A DNA stretch of 64,000 nucleotides, from NCBI GenBank assembly GCA_002269645.1, contig NIVC01001210.1, positions 186,001 through 250,000 on the forward strand, given 5' to 3'. The translations under genes were made by a program, and so were the position numbers. Below are positions 36,918 through 50,360 of the stretch, one piece after another; the first letter of the stretch is position 1, and every line of letters starts with the position of its first letter. The stretch is from Macrostomum lignano. Lineage: Eukaryota. Under the pieces are notes generated by a model, which saw nothing but the letters and a program-made list of their open reading frames with translations, ran no database searches and had not been told where the DNA came from.

Positions 36918-37539
36918 GGATTTGCTATAATAAAACAAACAAATTATTTATGAGGGAAAATCAAACAGAACTCTTGACTCAGAGAGTCAACAAAGATACA
37001 GAGAGTGGGGTTCATGCGATTTTGTTTTTATAATCTAACTAAAATTATCTGTGCATAAACTTATGACTATTAGAAAGGTAAATTATTGTAACCATTACTC
37101 ATCCGCGTTTTTGATCAGTCGGAATTGTGTTCAAATAGTGTTTTTCTGTTCGAAATTGCGACTACATCGTTTGATGCAGAGTTCCGCAAACTAGTGCAAT
37201 GCCTGTTCTCAGTTCCCGATTCTTGTAACACGAAACCAACTCTATGAATGATTTTTTGATGAATTTTTTCCTATGCTATGAATCTAATTTCAATAATTAG
37301 TTTTGTTAATAACAAACTATATGCATGCTATGCGAGTCGCTTCTTGTATGGCGCGTTTGAAGTCCCAGAGTATTTGATGGATATAGTATATATATTGTGA
37401 CTGTCGCCTGCTGGTATGGAGGCAGCCTGTGGAACAGTCGGTTTGTTACAGACTTTTACAGAGTCTGTTTAAGGACCACTAATAGTAAGAGAACAGCCAC
37501 GGTAAAATTATGGGATTTTATTAAAGATCCGATGCTTAT

Positions 37540-38070
37540 ATAGAGGTTCTCGTATCCTTATATAGGGGTCCTCGTGTCTATATAGGTCCTCGAGTCCTTT
37601 TTATATAGGTCCCAGTGTCCCTTTTATAGAGGTCCTCGTGTCCATATATTGAGGTCCTAGTGTCCATTGTATAGAGGTCATCGTGTCCTTATATTGAGGT
37701 CCTCGTGTCCTTATACGAGTATAGAGGTCCTCGTATCCTTACTACAATGGTCCTCGTCTCCTTACTACAGTGGTCCTCATATCCTTACTACAGTGGTCCT
37801 CATATCCTTACTACAGTGGTCCTCGTCTCCTTACTACAGTGGTCCTCGTCTCCTTACTACAATGGTCCTCGTCTCCTTACTACAGTGGTCCTCGTCTCCT
37901 TACTACAGTGGTCCTCGTCTCCTTACTACAGTGGTCCTCGTCTCCTTACTACAGTGGTCCTCGTCTCCTTACTACAGTGGTCCTCATATCCTTACTACAG
38001 TGGTCCTCGTCTCCTTACTACAGTGGTCCTCGTATCCTTACTACAGTGGCCCTCGTCTCCTTACTACAGT
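37540..38070. repeat. Tandem array, 23 bp unit (GGTCCTCGTCTCCTTACTACAGT)
   Basis: Homogeneous 3' part, degenerate 5' part. Confidence 0.92.
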
Positions 38071-38949
38071 GGCAATTATGTTATATGCCTGGGCACCGTT
38101 CTGCACTAGCCGTTATTGCTACATATAAACCGCTTAACCACCTGTATGTGAACTGCCGTAACTCATTTGTGAGCACAGTTTACACCCAGCACTGTTTTCA
38201 CCGCTGAACCCAATTACTAATAGTAGTATATGTGCTGTTAAATTTCCATTTAAAATGATGTTGTTATTTTCCTATTGTTTCGCGTTAACTATATATATAT
38301 TATGTTATATAAACATAAATGAATGCATAAAAATAATTTATATTTTGAAAACCTGTCAGTTATTTATTCAGCTTTTTTTCTGTTTTCAATTTTTATAACT
38401 GCTATCATGATGCAAGGCTGCGGTCCCATGCCCCCCCCTCTCCACCACCTTCATCGTTTGCAGGCAAATCGCCAAGTTATTTATTACGCTTATTAAAAAA
38501 TACCTGTTAATTAATGCCTGTAAAACTGCCGTGTCAGCCTCCTGCTTAACAAAATTGTATTAATATTGCTATATGTTACTATACTAATAAATGTGCGAGA
38601 CAGAGACAGTTTAAATTTATGTCTGTCATGCTGTTCTCTTCTCTCTCTCAGAAAAAAATAATTTTGTTTGCACCTGATTGGGAACTAGCAGGGATTTTTT
38701 CAGATGCAGGGACTGGGTGACTCTCACAACCGGCTATAACATGTAGCACATCACTCTCGTCTGTCAAAACGGAATTGATTACAAATCAATTATCCGCTTT
38801 GATTTCCTAGAAATGGAGCTGAATTATGGGCCAGATGGCTTCTTAGTCTGAACTGGATGCAGAATTGTTCTCAGATTTTGGAATCTACGAGCGTAGGTTA
38901 CGCTCCTATGTATGATCTATTTATTATTGATTGAAATTTTTTAAAAGAA

Positions 38950-41900
38950 TCTCCCCCCAACAGTTCTAGAATCTCTCCAAAGAGTTCTAGAATCTCCACC
39001 AACAGCTCTAGAATCTCCCCCAACAGCTCTAGAATCCCCCCAACAGCTCTAGAATCCCCCCAACAGCTCTAGAATCTCCCCCAACAGCTCTAGAATCTCC
39101 CCCAACAGCTCTAGAATCCCCAACAGCTCTAGAATCCCCCCAACAGCTCTAGAATCTCCCCCAACAGCTCTAGAATCCCCCCAACAGCTCTAGAATCTCC
39201 CCCAACAGCTCTAGAATCTCCCCCAACAGCTCTAGAATCTCTCCCAACAGCTCTAGAATCCCCCCAACAGCTCTAGAATCTCCCCCAACAGCTCTAGAAT
39301 CTCCCCCAACAGCTCTAGAATCTCCCCCAACAGCTCTAGAATCCCCCAACAGCTCTAGAATCTCCCCCCAACAGCTCTAGAATCTCCCCCAACAGCTCTA
39401 GAATCCCCCAACAGCTCTAGAATCTCCCCCAACAGCTCTAGAATCTCCCCCAACAGCTCTAGAATCCCCCCAACAGCTCTAGAATCCCCCAACAGCTCTA
39501 GAATCCCCCCCAACAGCTCTAGAATCTCCCCCCAACAGCTCTAGAATCTCCCCCAACAGCTCTAGAATCCCCCCAACAGCTCTAGAATCTCCCCCAACAG
39601 CTCTAGAATCTCCCCCAACAGCTCTAGAATCCCCCCAACAGCTCTAGAATCTCCCCCAACAGCTCTAGAATCTCCCCCAACAGCTCTAGAATCTCCCCCA
39701 ACAGCTCTAGAATCCCCAACAGCTCTAGAATCTCCCCCAACAGCTCTTGAATCTCCCCCAACAGCTCTAGAATCCCCAACAGCTCTAGAATCCCCCCAAC
39801 AGCTCTAGAATCCCCCCAACAGCTCTAGAATCCCCCCAACAGCTCTAGAATCTCCCCCAACAGCTCTAGAATCCCCCAACAGCTCTAGAATCTCCCCCAA
39901 CAGCTCTAGAATCTCCCCCAACAGCTCTAGAATCCCCCCAACAGCTCTAGAATCCCCCCAACAGCTCTAGAATCCCCCCCAACAGCTCTAGAATCTCCCC
40001 CAACAGCTCTAGAATCTCCCCCAACAGCTCTAGAATCCCCCCAACAGCTCTAGAATCCCCCCCAACAGCTCTAGAATCCCCCCCAACAGCTCTAAAATCC
40101 CCCAACAGCTCTAGAATCTCCCCAACAGCTCTAGAATCCCCCAACAGCTCTAGAATTCCCCCCAACAGCTCTAGAATCCCCCCCCAACAGCTCTAGAATC
40201 TCCCCCAACAGCTCTAGAATCCCCCCAACAGCTCTAGAATCCCCCCCAACAGCTCTAGAATCTCCTTCAACAGCTCTAGAATCCCCCCAACAGCTCTAGA
40301 ATCTCCCCCAACAGCTCTAGAATCCCCAACAGCTCTAGAATCCCCCCAACAGCTCTAGAATCTCCCCCAACAGCTCTAGAATCTCCCCCAACAGCTCTAG
40401 AATCTCCCCCAACAGCTCTAGAATCTCCCCCAACAGCTCTAGAATCCCCAACAGCTCTAGAATCTCCCCCAACAGCTCTAGAATCTCCCCCAACAGCTCT
40501 AGAATCCCCAACAGCTCTAGAATCCCCCCAACAGCTCTAGAATCCCCCCAACAGCTCTAGAATCCCCCCAACAGCTCTAGAATCTCCCCCAATAGCTCTA
40601 GAATCCCCCAACAGCTCTAGAATCTCCCCCAACAGCTCTAGAATCTCCCCCAACAGCTCTAGAATCCCCCCAACAGCTCTAGAATCCCCCCAACAGCTCT
40701 AGAATCCCCCAACAGCTCTAGAATCTCCCCCAACAGCTCTAGAATCTCCCCCAACAGCTCTAGAATCCCCCCAACAGCTCTAGAATCCCCCAACAGCTCT
40801 AGAATCCCCCCAACAGCTCTAAAATCCCCCAACAGCTCTAGAATCCCCCCCAACAGCTCTAGAATCTCCCCCCAACAGCTCTAGAATCTCCCCCAACAGC
40901 TCTAGAATCCCCCCAACAGCTCTAGAATCTCCCCCAACAGCTCTAGAATCTCCCCCAACAGCTCTAGAATCCCCCCAACAGCTCTAGAATCTCCCCCAAC
41001 AGCTCTAGAATCTCCCCCAACAGCTCTAGAATCTCCCCCAACAGCTCTAGAATCTCCCCCAACAGCTCTAGAATCCCCAACAGCTCTAGAATCTCCCCCA
41101 ACAGCTCTTGAATCTCCCCCAACAGCTCTAGAATCCCCAACAGCTCTAGAATCCCCCCAACAGCTCTAGAATCCCCCCAACAGCTCTAGAATCCCCCCAA
41201 CAGCTCTAGAATCTCCCCCAACAGCTCTAGAATCCCCCCAACAGCTCTAGAATCTCCCCCAACAGCTCTAGAATCTCCCCCAACAGCTCTAGAATCCCCC
41301 CAACAGCTCTAGAATCCCCCCAACAGCTCTAGAATCCCCCCAACAGCTCTAGAATCTCCCCCAACAGCTCTAGAATCTCCCCCAACAGCTCTAGAATCCC
41401 CCCAACAGCTCTAGAATCCCCCCAACAGCTCTAGAATCCCCCCAACAGCTCTAAAATCCCCCAACAGCTCTAGAATCTCCCCAACAGCTCTAGAATCCCC
41501 CCAACAGCTCTAGAATCTCCCCCAACAGCTCTAGATTCCCCCCAACAGCTCTAGAATCTCCCCCAACAGCTCTAGAATCCCCCCAACAGCTCTAGAATCC
41601 CCCCAACAGCTCTAGAATCCCCCCAACAGCTCTAGAATCTCCTTCAACAGCTCTAGAATCCCCCCAACAGCTCTAGAATCTCCCCCAACAGCTCTAGAAT
41701 CCCCAACAGCTCTAGAATCCCCCCAACAGCTCTAGAATCTCCCCCAACAGCTCTAGAATCTCCCCCAACAGCTCTAGAATCTCCCCCAACAGCTCTAGAA
41801 TCCCCAACAGCTCTAGAATCTCCCCCAACAGCTCTAGAATCTCCCCCAACAGCTCTAGAATCCCCAACAGCTCTAGAATCCCCCCAACAGCTCTAGAATC

Positions 41901-44900
41901 CCCCAACAGCTCTAGAATCCCCCAACAGCTCTAGAATCTCCCCCAACAGCTCTAGAATCCCCCAACAGCTCTAGAATCCCCCCAACAGCTCTAGAATCCC
42001 CCAACAGCTCTAGAATCCCCCCAACAGCTCTAAAATCCCCCAACAGCTCTAGAATCTCCCCAACAGCTCTAGAATCCCCCCAACAGCTCTAGAATCCCCC
42101 CCAACAGCTCTAGAATCTCCCCCAACAGCTCTAGAATCCCCCCAACAGCTCTAGAATCCCCCCAACAGCTCTAGAATCTCCCCCAACAGCTCTAGAATCT
42201 CCCCCAACAGCTCTAGAATCCCCCCCAACAGCTCTAGAATCTCCCCCAACAGCTCTAGAATCCCCAACAGCTCTAGAATCTCCCCCAACAGCTCTAGAAT
42301 CCCCAACAGCTCTAGAATCCCCCAACAGCTCTAGAATCCCCCCAACAGCTCTAGAATCCCCCCAACAGCTCTAGAATCCCCCCAACAGCTCTAGAATCTC
42401 CCCCAACAGCTCTAGAATCCCCAACAGCTCTAGAATCTCCCCCAACAGCTCTAGAATCCCCAACAGCTCTAGAATCCCCCCAACAGCTCTAGAATCCCCC
42501 CAACAGCTCTAGAATCCCCCCAACAGCTCTAAAATCCCCCAACAGCTCTAGAATCCCCCCAACAGCTCTAGAATCCCCCCAACAGCTCTAGAATCCCCCC
42601 AACAGCTCTAGAATCCCCCCAACAGCTCTAGAATCTCCCCCAACAGCTCTAGAATCCCCAACAGCTCTAGAATCTCCCCCAACAGCTCTAGAATCCCCCC
42701 CCAACAGCTCTAGAATCTCCCCCAACAGCTCTAGAATCCCCAACAGCTCTAAAATCCCCCCAACAGCTCTAGAATCTCCCCCCAACAGCTCTAGAATCTC
42801 CCCCCCCCCAACAGCTCTAGAATCTCCCCAACAGCTCTAGAATCTCCCCAACAGCTCTAGAATCTCCCCCAACAGCTCTAGAATCCCCCCCAACAGCTCT
42901 AGAATCCCCCAACAGCTCTAGAATCCCCCAACAGCTCTAGAATCCCCCCAACAGCTCTAGAATCCCCCCCAACAGCTCTAGAATCCCCCAACAGCTCTAG
43001 AATCCCCCCAACAGCTCTAGAATCCCCCCAACAGCTCTAGAATCCCCCCAAAAGCTCTAGAATCCCCCCCAACAGCTCTAGAATCTCCATCAACAGCTCT
43101 AGAATCCCCCAACAGCTCTAGAATCTCCCCCAACAGCTCTAGAATCTCCCCCAACAGCTCTAGAATCTCCCCAACAGCTCTAGAATCTCCCCCAACAGCT
43201 CTAGAATCCCCAACAGCTCTAGAATCTCCCCCAACAGCTCTAGAATCTCCCCCAACAGCTCTAGAATCCCTAACAGCTCTAGAATCCCCCCAACAGCTCT
43301 AGAATCCCCCCCAACAGCTCTAGAATCCCCCCAACAGCTCTAGAATCCCCCCCAACAGCTCTAGAATCTCCCCCAACAGCTCTAGAATCCCCCCCAACAG
43401 CTCTAGAATCTCCCCAACAGCTCTAGAATCCCCAACAGCTCTAGAATCTCCCCCAACAGCTCTAGAATCCCCAACAGCTCTAGAATCCCCCCAACAGCTC
43501 TAGAATCCCCCCCAACAGCTCTAGAATCCCCCCAACAGCTCTAGAATCCCCCCAACAGCTCTAGAATCCCCCCAACAGCTCTAGAATCTCCCCCAACAGC
43601 TCTAGAATCCCCAACAGCTCTAGAATCTCCCCCAACAGCTCTAGAATCCCCAACAGCTCTAGAATCTCCCCCAACAGCTCTAGAATCTCCCCCAACAGCT
43701 CTAGAATCCCCAACAGCTCTAGAATCCCCCCAACAGCTCTAGAATCCCCCAACAGCTCTAGAATCCCCCCAACAGCTCTAGAATCCCCCCCAACAGCTCT
43801 AGAATCCCCCCAACAGCTCTAGAATCCCCCCAACAGCTCTAGAATCCCCCCAACAGCTCTAGAATCCCCCCCAAAAGCTCTAGAATCTCCCCCAACAGCT
43901 CTAGAATCCCCAACAGCTCTAGAATCTCCCTCAACAGCTCTAGAATCCCCAACAGCTCTAGAATCCCCAACAGCTCTAGAATCTCCCCCAACAGCTCTAG
44001 AATCCCCAACAGCTCTAGAATCTCCCCCAACAGCTCTAGAATCCCCAACAGCTCTAGAATCCCCCAACAGCTCTAAATCCCCCAACAGCTCTAGAATCTC
44101 CCCAACAGCTCTAGAATCCCCCCAACAGCTCTAGAATCCCCCAACAGCTCTAGAATCCCCCAACAGCTCTAGAATCCCCCCAACAGCTCTAGAATCTCCC
44201 CCAACAGCTCTAGAATCCCCAACAGCTCTAGAATCCCCCCCAACAGCTCTAAAATCCCCCCAACAGCTCTAGAATCTCCCCCAACAGCTCTAGAATCCCC
44301 AACAGCTCTAGAATCTCCCCCAACAGCTCTAGAATCCCCAACAGCTCTAAAATCCCCCCCAACAGCTCTAGAATCTCCCCCCCCAACAGCTCTAGAATCT
44401 CCCCCCCCCAACAGCTCTAGAATCTCCCCAACAGCTCTAGAGTCTCCCCCAACAGCTCTAAAATCCCCCCCAACAGCTCTAGAATCTCCCCCAACAGCTC
44501 TAGAATCTCCCCCCCCAACAGCTCTAGAATCTCCCCAACAGCTCTAGAATCTCCCAACAGCTCTAGAATCTCCCCCCAACAGCTCTAGAATCCCCAACAG
44601 CTCTAGAATCTCCCCCAACAGCTCTAGAATCTCCCCCAACAGCTCTAGAATCTCCCCCAACAGCTCTAGAATCTCCCCCAACAGCTCTAGAATCTCCCCC
44701 AACAGCTCTAGAATCCCCAACAGCTCTAGAATCTCCCCCCCCCAACAGCTCTAGAATCTCCCCCAACAGCTCTAAAATCCCCCCAACAGCTCTAGAATCT
44801 CCCCCCCCCCAACATCTCTAGAATCTCCCCCCCCCCCAACAGCTCTAGAATCTCCCCCCAACAGCTCTAGAATCTCCCCCAACAGCTCTAGAATCCCCAA

Positions 44901-45520
44901 CAGCTCTAGAATCTCCCCCAACAGCTCTAGAATCCCCAACAGCTCTAGAATCTCCCCCCCAACAGCTCTAGAATCTCCCCCCCCAACAGCTCTAGAATCT
45001 CCCCCCCCCCCAACAGCTCTAGAATCTCCCCCCAACAGCTCTAGAATCTCCCCCCAACAGCTCTAGAATCTCCCCAACAGCTCTAGAATCTCCCCCAACA
45101 GCTCTAGAATCTCCCCCAACAGCTCTAGAATCCCCCCAACAGCTCTAAAATCCCCCCAACAGCTCTAGAATCTCCCCCAACAGCTCTAGAATCTCCCCCA
45201 ACAGCTCTAGAATCTCCCCCAACAGCTCTAGAATCCCCCCCAACAGCTCTTGAATCCCCAACAGCTCTAGAATCCCCCCAACAGCTCTAGAATCTCCCCC
45301 AACAGCTCTAGAATCTCCCCCAACAGCTCTAGAATCCCCCCAACAGCTCTAAAATCCCCCAACAGCTCTAGAATCTCCCCCAACAGCTCTAGAATCTCCC
45401 CCAACAGCTCTAGAATTTCCCCCAACAGGTCTAGAATCCCCCCAACAGCTCTAGAATCCCCAACAGCTCTAGAATCCCCCCAACAGCTCTAGAATCTCCC
45501 CCCCCCCTCAACAGCTCTAC
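38950..45520. repeat. 6.5 kb satellite, ~19-25 bp unit AACAGCTCTAGAAT(CT)Cn
   Basis: About 300 copies differing mainly in poly-C length; lies between the convergent Rap1 and CNG genes. Confidence 0.98.
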
Positions 45521-45753
45521 TTCACTAAAGCACACTCAAAGCACACTTAAGTCATTTTAGACCCTGTGACCTGGCTCAAAGATTGAAAGCGATTAGTAAT
45601 AAAGTTCAATAATAAAAGTACATTCATGCCCTCATGACATCGGGTACATGCACGCATGCAACAAGCGTACAATAGAATTAGAACGCTATACTAAGTATTC
45701 AGTTCATTTGGCGGTGATATACATGGCTGTCCCATCTGCATGAGCTTGTCAAG

Positions 45754-46206
45754 TTACTGCGGTGGCATTGGTGGCGGGGGCGGCGTCGGCAGTGACAGCC
45801 GGTCAAGATCCCCTGTCGAACTCGCGGAAGACACCTCGGCGGCTGCGGCAGTCTCGAGGCGGGCCACCCGGCGCTTGAGCTTGGCCTGGCTGGACCCGAA
45901 CTCGGCCGTAAGCCGGGCCAGTCTGGCCTGCAGACAGCCAACATTGTCGGCCAACCGAGCCAGCTGCTCCGCCTGTGTCTCCTGGGCCTCCTCGGCGCGT
46001 GCCACCGCAGCCTCATCTAGCAGATTGTCCTTCCGGAGCACGTCACGACCGCGCTGTACGAGTTTGTCGCGGGCTTCCGGGTACTCGTCTAGCGCCGCCC
46101 AGAGGTCCCGTTTGCTGAGGCAGAACAGGTCCGAATAGCCTTGGCTGCGTACGTTTGCGGTGCGCCGGTTGCCCGTCTTGTTGCCGGGGATGTTCAACAG
46201 GGACAC
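45754..46206 (-). CDS. CNG channel alpha subunit, terminal exon (end of CNBD plus C-terminal leucine zipper)
   Basis: VSLLNIPGNKTGNRRTANVRSQGYSDLFCLSKRDL followed by a heptad coiled coil. Acceptor CAG at 46209-46207. Confidence 0.95.
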   Translation of the reverse strand: MSLLNIPGNKTGNRRTANVRSQGYSDLFCLSKRDLWAALDEYPEARDKLVQRGRDVLRKDNLLDEAAVARAEEAQETQAEQLARLADNVGCLQARLARLTAEFGSSQAKLKRRVARLETAAAAEVSSASSTGDLDRLSLPTPPPPPMPPQ

Positions 46207-46279
46207 CTGGGAATTCGAGAAATTTGCTGGGACTGGGGGTTAACTGATTGAAACTCGCTGTGTTGTCTAGAAACTGGTG

Positions 46280-49200
46280 TCTTCTGTCTCTGGTCTTCTG
46301 TCTCTGGTGTCCTGTCTCTGGTGTCCTGTCTCTGGTGTCCTGTCTCTCTGGTCTTCTGTCTCTGGTGTCCTGTCTCTGGTGTCCTGTCTCTCTGGTCTTC
46401 TGTCTCTGGTGTCCTGTCTCTGGTGTCCCGTCTCTGGTGTCCTGTCTCTGGTGTCCTGTCTCTCTGGTCTTCTGTCTCTGGTCTTCTGTCTCTGGTGTCC
46501 TGTCTCTGGTGTCCTGTCTCTCTAGTCTTCCGTCTCTGGTCTTCTGTCTCTGGTCTTCTGTCTCTGGTGTCCTGTCTCTGGTGTCCTGTCTCTGGTCTTC
46601 TGTCTCTGGTCTTCTGTCTCTGGTGTCCTGTCTCTGGTGTCCTGTCTCTGGTCTTCTGTCTCTGGTCTTCTGTCTCTGGTGTCCTGTCTCTGGTCTTATG
46701 TCTCTGGTCTTCTGTCTCTGGTGTCCTGTCTCTGGTGTCCTGTCTCTGGTGTCCTGTCTCTGGTCTTCTGTCTCTGGTCTTATGTCTCTGGTCTTCTGTC
46801 TCTGGTGTCCTGTCTCTGGTGTCCTGTCTCTGGTGTCCTGTCTCTGGTCTTCTGTCTCTGGTCTTATGTCTCTGGTCTTCTGTCTCTGGTGTCCTGTCTC
46901 TGGTGTCCTGTCTCTCTGGTCTTCTGTCTCTGGTGTCCTGTCTCTGGTGTCCTGTCTCTGGTCTTATGTCTCTGGTCTTCTGTCTCTGGTCTTATGTCTC
47001 TGGTCTTCTGTCTCTGGTGTCCTGTCTCTGGTGTCCTGTCTCTCTGGTCTTCTGTCTCTGGTGTCCTGTCTCTGGTGTCCTGTCTCTGGTGTCCTGTCTC
47101 TGGTCTTCTGTCTCTGGTCTTATGTCTCTGGTCTTCTGTCTCTGGTGTCCTGTCTCTGGTGTCCTGTCTCTGGTGTCCTGTCTCTGGTCTTCTGTCTCTG
47201 GTCTTCTGTCTCTGGTCTTCTGTCTCTGGTGTCCTGTCTCTGGTGTCCTGTCTCTGGTGTCCTGTCTCTGGTCTTCTGTCTCTGGTCTTATGTCTCTGGT
47301 CTTCTGTCTCTGGTGTCCTGTCTCTGGTGTCCTGTCTCTCTGGTCTTCTGTCTCTGGTGTCCTGTCTCTGGTGTCCTGTCTCTGGTGTCCTGTCTCTGGT
47401 CTTCTGTCTCTGGTCTTATGTCTCTGGTCTTCTGTCTCTGGTGTCCTGTCTCTGGTGTCCTGTCTCTGGTGTCCTGTCTCTGGTGTCCTGTCTCTGGTCT
47501 TCTGTCTCTGGTCTTCTGTCTCTGGTCTTCTGTCTCTGGTGTCCTGTCTCTGGTGTCCTGTCTCTGGTGTCCTGTCTCTCTGGTCTTCTGTCTCTGGTCT
47601 TCTGTCTCTGGTCTTATGTCTCTGGTGTCCTGTCTCTGGTGTCCTGTCTCTGGTGTCCTGTCTCTGGTCTTCTGTCTCTGGTCTTCTGTCTCTGGTGTCC
47701 TGTCTCTGGTGTCCTGTCTCTGGTCTTCTGTCTCTGGTCTTATCTCTCTGGTCTTCTGTCTCTGGTGTCCTGTCTCTGGTGTCCTGTCTCTGGTGTCCTG
47801 TCTCTGGTCTTCTGTCTCTGGTCTTCTGTCTCTGGTGTCCTGTCTCTGGTGTCCTGTCTCTGGTCTTCTGTCTCTGGTCTTCTGTCTCTGGTCTTCTGTC
47901 TCTGGTGTCCTGTCTCTGGTGTCCTGTCTCTGGTCTTCTGTCTCTGGTCTTCTGTCTCTGGTGTCCTGTCTCTGGTGTCCTGTCTCTGGTCTTCTGTCTC
48001 TGGTCTTCTGTCTCTGGTGTCCTGTCTCTGGTGTCCTGTCTCTGGTCTTCTGTCTCTGGTGTCCTGTCTCTGGTGTCCTGTCTCTGGTGTCCTGTCTCTG
48101 GTCTTCTGTCTCTGGTCTTATGTCTCTGGTGTCCTGTCTCTGGTGTCCTGTCTCTGGTGTCCTGTCTCTGGTCTTCTGTCTCTGGTCTTATGTCTCTGGT
48201 CTTCTGTCTCTGGTGTCCTGTCTCTGGTGTCCTGTCTCTCTGGTCTTCTGTCTCTGGTGTCCTGTCTCTGGTGTCCTGTCTCTGGTGTCCTGTCTCTGGT
48301 CTTCTGTCTCTGGTCTTATGTCTCTGGTCTTCTGTCTCTGGTGTCCTGTCTCTGGTGTCCTGTCTCTCTGGTCTTCTGTCTCTGGTGTCCTGTCTCTGGT
48401 GTCCTGTCTCTGGTGTCCTGTCTCTGGTCTTCTGTCTCTGGTCTTATGTCTCTGGTCTTCTGTCTCTGGTGTCCTGTCTCTGGTGTCCTGTCTCTGGTGT
48501 CCTGTCTCTGGTGTCCTGTCTCTGGTCTTCTGTCTCTGGTCTTCTGTCTCTGGTCTTCTGTCTCTGGTGTCCTGTCTCTGGTGTCCTGTCTCTGGTGTCC
48601 TGTCTCTGGTCTTCTGTCTCTGGTCTTCTGTCTCTGGTCTTATGTCTCTGGTCTTCTGTCTCTGGTGTCCTGTCTCTGGTGTCCTGTCTCTGGTCTTCTG
48701 TCTCTGGTCTTCTGTCTCTGGTGTCCTGTCTCTGGTGTCCTGTCTCTGGTCTTCTGTCTCTGGTCTTCTGTCTCTGGTCTTATGTCTCTGGTGTCCTGTC
48801 TCTGGTGTCCTGTCTCTGGTGTCCTGTCTCTGGTCTTCTGTCTCTGGTGTCCTGTCTCTGGTGTCCTGTCTCTGGTCTTCTGTCTCTGGTCTTCTGTCTC
48901 TGGTGTCCTGTCTCTGGTGTCCTGTCTCTGGTCTTCTGTCTCTGGTCTTATGTCTCTGGTCTTCTGTCTCTGGTGTCCTGTCTCTGGTGTCCTGTCTCTG
49001 GTGTCCTGTCTCTCTGGTCTTCTGTCTCTGGTGTCCTGTCTCTGGTGTCCTGTCTCTGGTGTCCTGTCTCTGGTCTTCTGTCTCTGGTCTTATGTCTCTG
49101 GTCTTCTGTCTCTGGTGTCCTGTCTCTGGTGTCCTGTCTCTGGTCTTCTGTCTCTGGTGTCCTGTCTCTGGTCTTCTGTCTCTGGTCTTATGTCTCTGGT

Positions 49201-49580
49201 GTCCTGTCTCTGGTGTCCTGTCTCTGGTGTCCTGTCTCTGGTGTCCTGTCTCTGGTGTCCTGTCTCTCTGGTCTTCTGTCTCTGGTGTCCTGTCTCTCTG
49301 GTCTTCTGTCTCTGGTGTCCTGTCTCTGGTGTCCTGTCTCTCTGGTCTTCTGTCTCTGGTGTCCTGTCTCTGGTGTCCTGTCTCTGTTCTTCTGTCTCTG
49401 GTGTCCTGTCTCTGGTGTCCTGTCTCTGGTCTTCTGTCTCTGGTCTTATGTCTCTGGTGTCCTGTCTCTGGTGTCCTGTCTTTAGGTCCCCTGTCTCTGG
49501 TCTCCTGTCTCTGATATCCTGTCTATGGTGCCCTGTCTCGTCTCCTGTCTCTCTGGTGTCCTGTCTCTGGTCTCCCTAGA
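46280..49580. repeat. Intronic satellite, 14 bp units (TGTCTCTGGTGTCC, ...GTCTTC, ...GTCTTA) plus a 16 bp variant
   Basis: About 230 copies; source of the spurious ~1000-aa ORFs. Confidence 0.98.
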
Positions 49581-49697
49581 ATTTTAGTCAATCTAGGATC
49601 TAGAACCTAACCAATTTCGAGCTACCCTACTATACAAACTACTCACGAGTAGCAATGCAAGAATTTCAAAGCTCAAATATACGCCCTAGTCGTATAC

Positions 49698-50087
49698 CTC
49701 GCCAAACACGCAGCCTTCCTTCAGCGTGGCGAACACGGTCCTGCCGTCCCCGGCTACAACGCTCAGCCGGCCGCGCTTCACGATGTACATCTCCTTGCCG
49801 ATGTCGCCCTGCCGGCAGATGTAGTCGCCAGGCGAGAACACCTGCAGACGGAGCTTCAGCAGCAGTTCAATGAGAAGTCCCGGCTCGCAGTCGCGGAATA
49901 TGGACACCCGCCTGAGCGTGTCGAAGTGCACGTGGATGGCAATCTCGGCTCGCAGCTTGTCCGGCAGGCTGGCCAGGATGGCCGACTCGTCCAGCGACTG
50001 CTTGTTGCACCAGTGATAGTCGAACCAGCGAATTACTCGATGCTCCAGTTGCTTGCCGACTCGGCGGAACTCCATGTAGCGCTTTAC
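49698..50087 (-). CDS. CNG channel alpha subunit, exon 4 (C-linker and CNBD)
   Basis: [24 protein letters not shown]...[21 protein letters not shown]...[23 protein letters not shown]...FGE; phase 0 at both ends. Confidence 0.96.
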
Positions 50088-50109
50088 CTGCGGGCGGTTG
50101 GAGCATTGA

Positions 50110-50360
50110 GTTGCTGACCTGTCAGTCCTTAGCCTGCTATTGTAGCATTCTGACCTGTCAGTCCATAGCCTGCTATTGTAGCATTCTGACCTGTCAGTCC
50201 TTAGCCTGCTATTGTAGCATTCTGACCTGTCAGTCCTTAGCCTGCTATTGTAGCATTCTGACCTGTCAGTCCATAGCCTGCTATTGTAGCATTCTGACCT
50301 GTCAGTCCATAGCCTGCTATTGTAGCATTCTGACCTGTCAGTCCATAGCCTGCTATTGGA
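50110..50360. repeat. Tandem array, 36 bp unit (CTGACCTGTCAGTCCTTAGCCTGCTATTGTAGCATT)
   Basis: About 7 copies. Confidence 0.92.

Noticed and set aside
38950-45520. CRISPR-like look of a constant repeat with variable intervening sequence
   Set aside because: The variable part is only C-run length. There are no unique spacers and no cas genes, and the context is eukaryotic.
46248-49579. Three ~1000-aa ORFs (L/S/V/C/W-rich)
   Set aside because: They are translations of a stop-free 14 bp satellite, open in all three frames, lying inside a CNG intron on the opposite strand.
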